Origin: Candidatus Pacearchaeota archaeon
GTDB lineage: Archaea; Nanobdellota; Nanobdellia; Pacearchaeales; GW2011-AR1
Length of the DNA: 64,000 bases
Reading direction: 5' to 3'
NCBI GenBank assembly: GCA_018221285.1
Contig: JAAOYJ010000003.1
Location: 87,030 to 151,029 of the forward strand
Shown here: in pieces, positions 63,952 to 64,000 of the stretch
Position numbering within the stretch: position 1 is the first letter of the stretch
Layout of the letters: each line of letters starts with the position of its first letter
Made by a program: the position numbers and the translations under genes
Notes under the pieces: generated by a model
What the model saw: only the letters and a program-made list of their open reading frames with translations
The model's database searches: none
Told to the model about the DNA's origin: nothing

Positions 63952-64000
63952 ATTATTTACCTCCTTGCCCCTTTATTCTACAATTTGGGGTACACCTAGC

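Noticed and set aside
63981-63997. A 17-nt exact match (ACAATTTGGGGTACACC) between the window end and 4578-4594 inside polC
   Set aside because: It is a single short match with no extended similarity on either side. In a 64-kb window on two strands, a 17-mer coincidence is of borderline significance, and I found no functional context.

Overview
Visibly AT-rich archaeal chromosomal window. PolD (DP1/DP2), Orc1/Cdc6, AglB/STT3, archaeal-only ribosomal proteins (L18e, L21e) and RNAP subunits D/F/N point to a PolD-bearing archaeon. A small-genome DPANN- or euryarchaeote-like lineage is my inference only. Layout: (1) 1-1316, an m5C DNA methyltransferase with a translationally coupled partial ORF downstream. 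(2) 1401-9981, a tightly coupled replication operon on the minus strand: orc1/cdc6, PolD small subunit, an Endo IV-like TIM-barrel gene, then the PolD large subunit carrying a 470-aa LAGLIDADG intein. A ~470-bp nearly pure A/T intergenic region beside it (9982-10450) is the predicted oriC. (3) 10451-15246, an accessory stretch. It holds a PRC-barrel protein, two convergent coiled-coil/wHTH paralogs with in-frame microsatellites including a perfect (ACAG)10, a promoter-proximal element repeated three times, a HAD hydrolase and a serine recombinase. (4) 15269-22538, the S13-S4-S11-RpoD ... L18e-L13-S9 cluster, interrupted by tRNA-Leu and two orphan ORFs, then DUF655, RpoF, L21e, RpoN and Rpp21. 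(5) 23004-59057, a very large surface-glycan/N-glycosylation region. It has two near-identical gmd copies, a GT10 fucosyltransferase, many GT2/GT4 enzymes, methyltransferases, a flippase, AsnB, a radical-SAM enzyme, a GT-C enzyme, AglB and AglH. A GmhA + split-transketolase + kinase/nucleotidyltransferase cassette in it looks like a non-canonical NDP-heptose pathway. This region is interrupted at 24139-27321 by 5S rRNA, an unusual intron-containing tRNA-Arg locus, tRNA-Gly and secFD. (6) 59097-64000, small accessory genes: RelE and Doc toxin modules, an AN1-zinc-finger/transglutaminase membrane protein, and a 94-bp direct duplication. No CRISPR array and no complete IS element were seen. All product calls come from motif recognition by eye; no database search was run.
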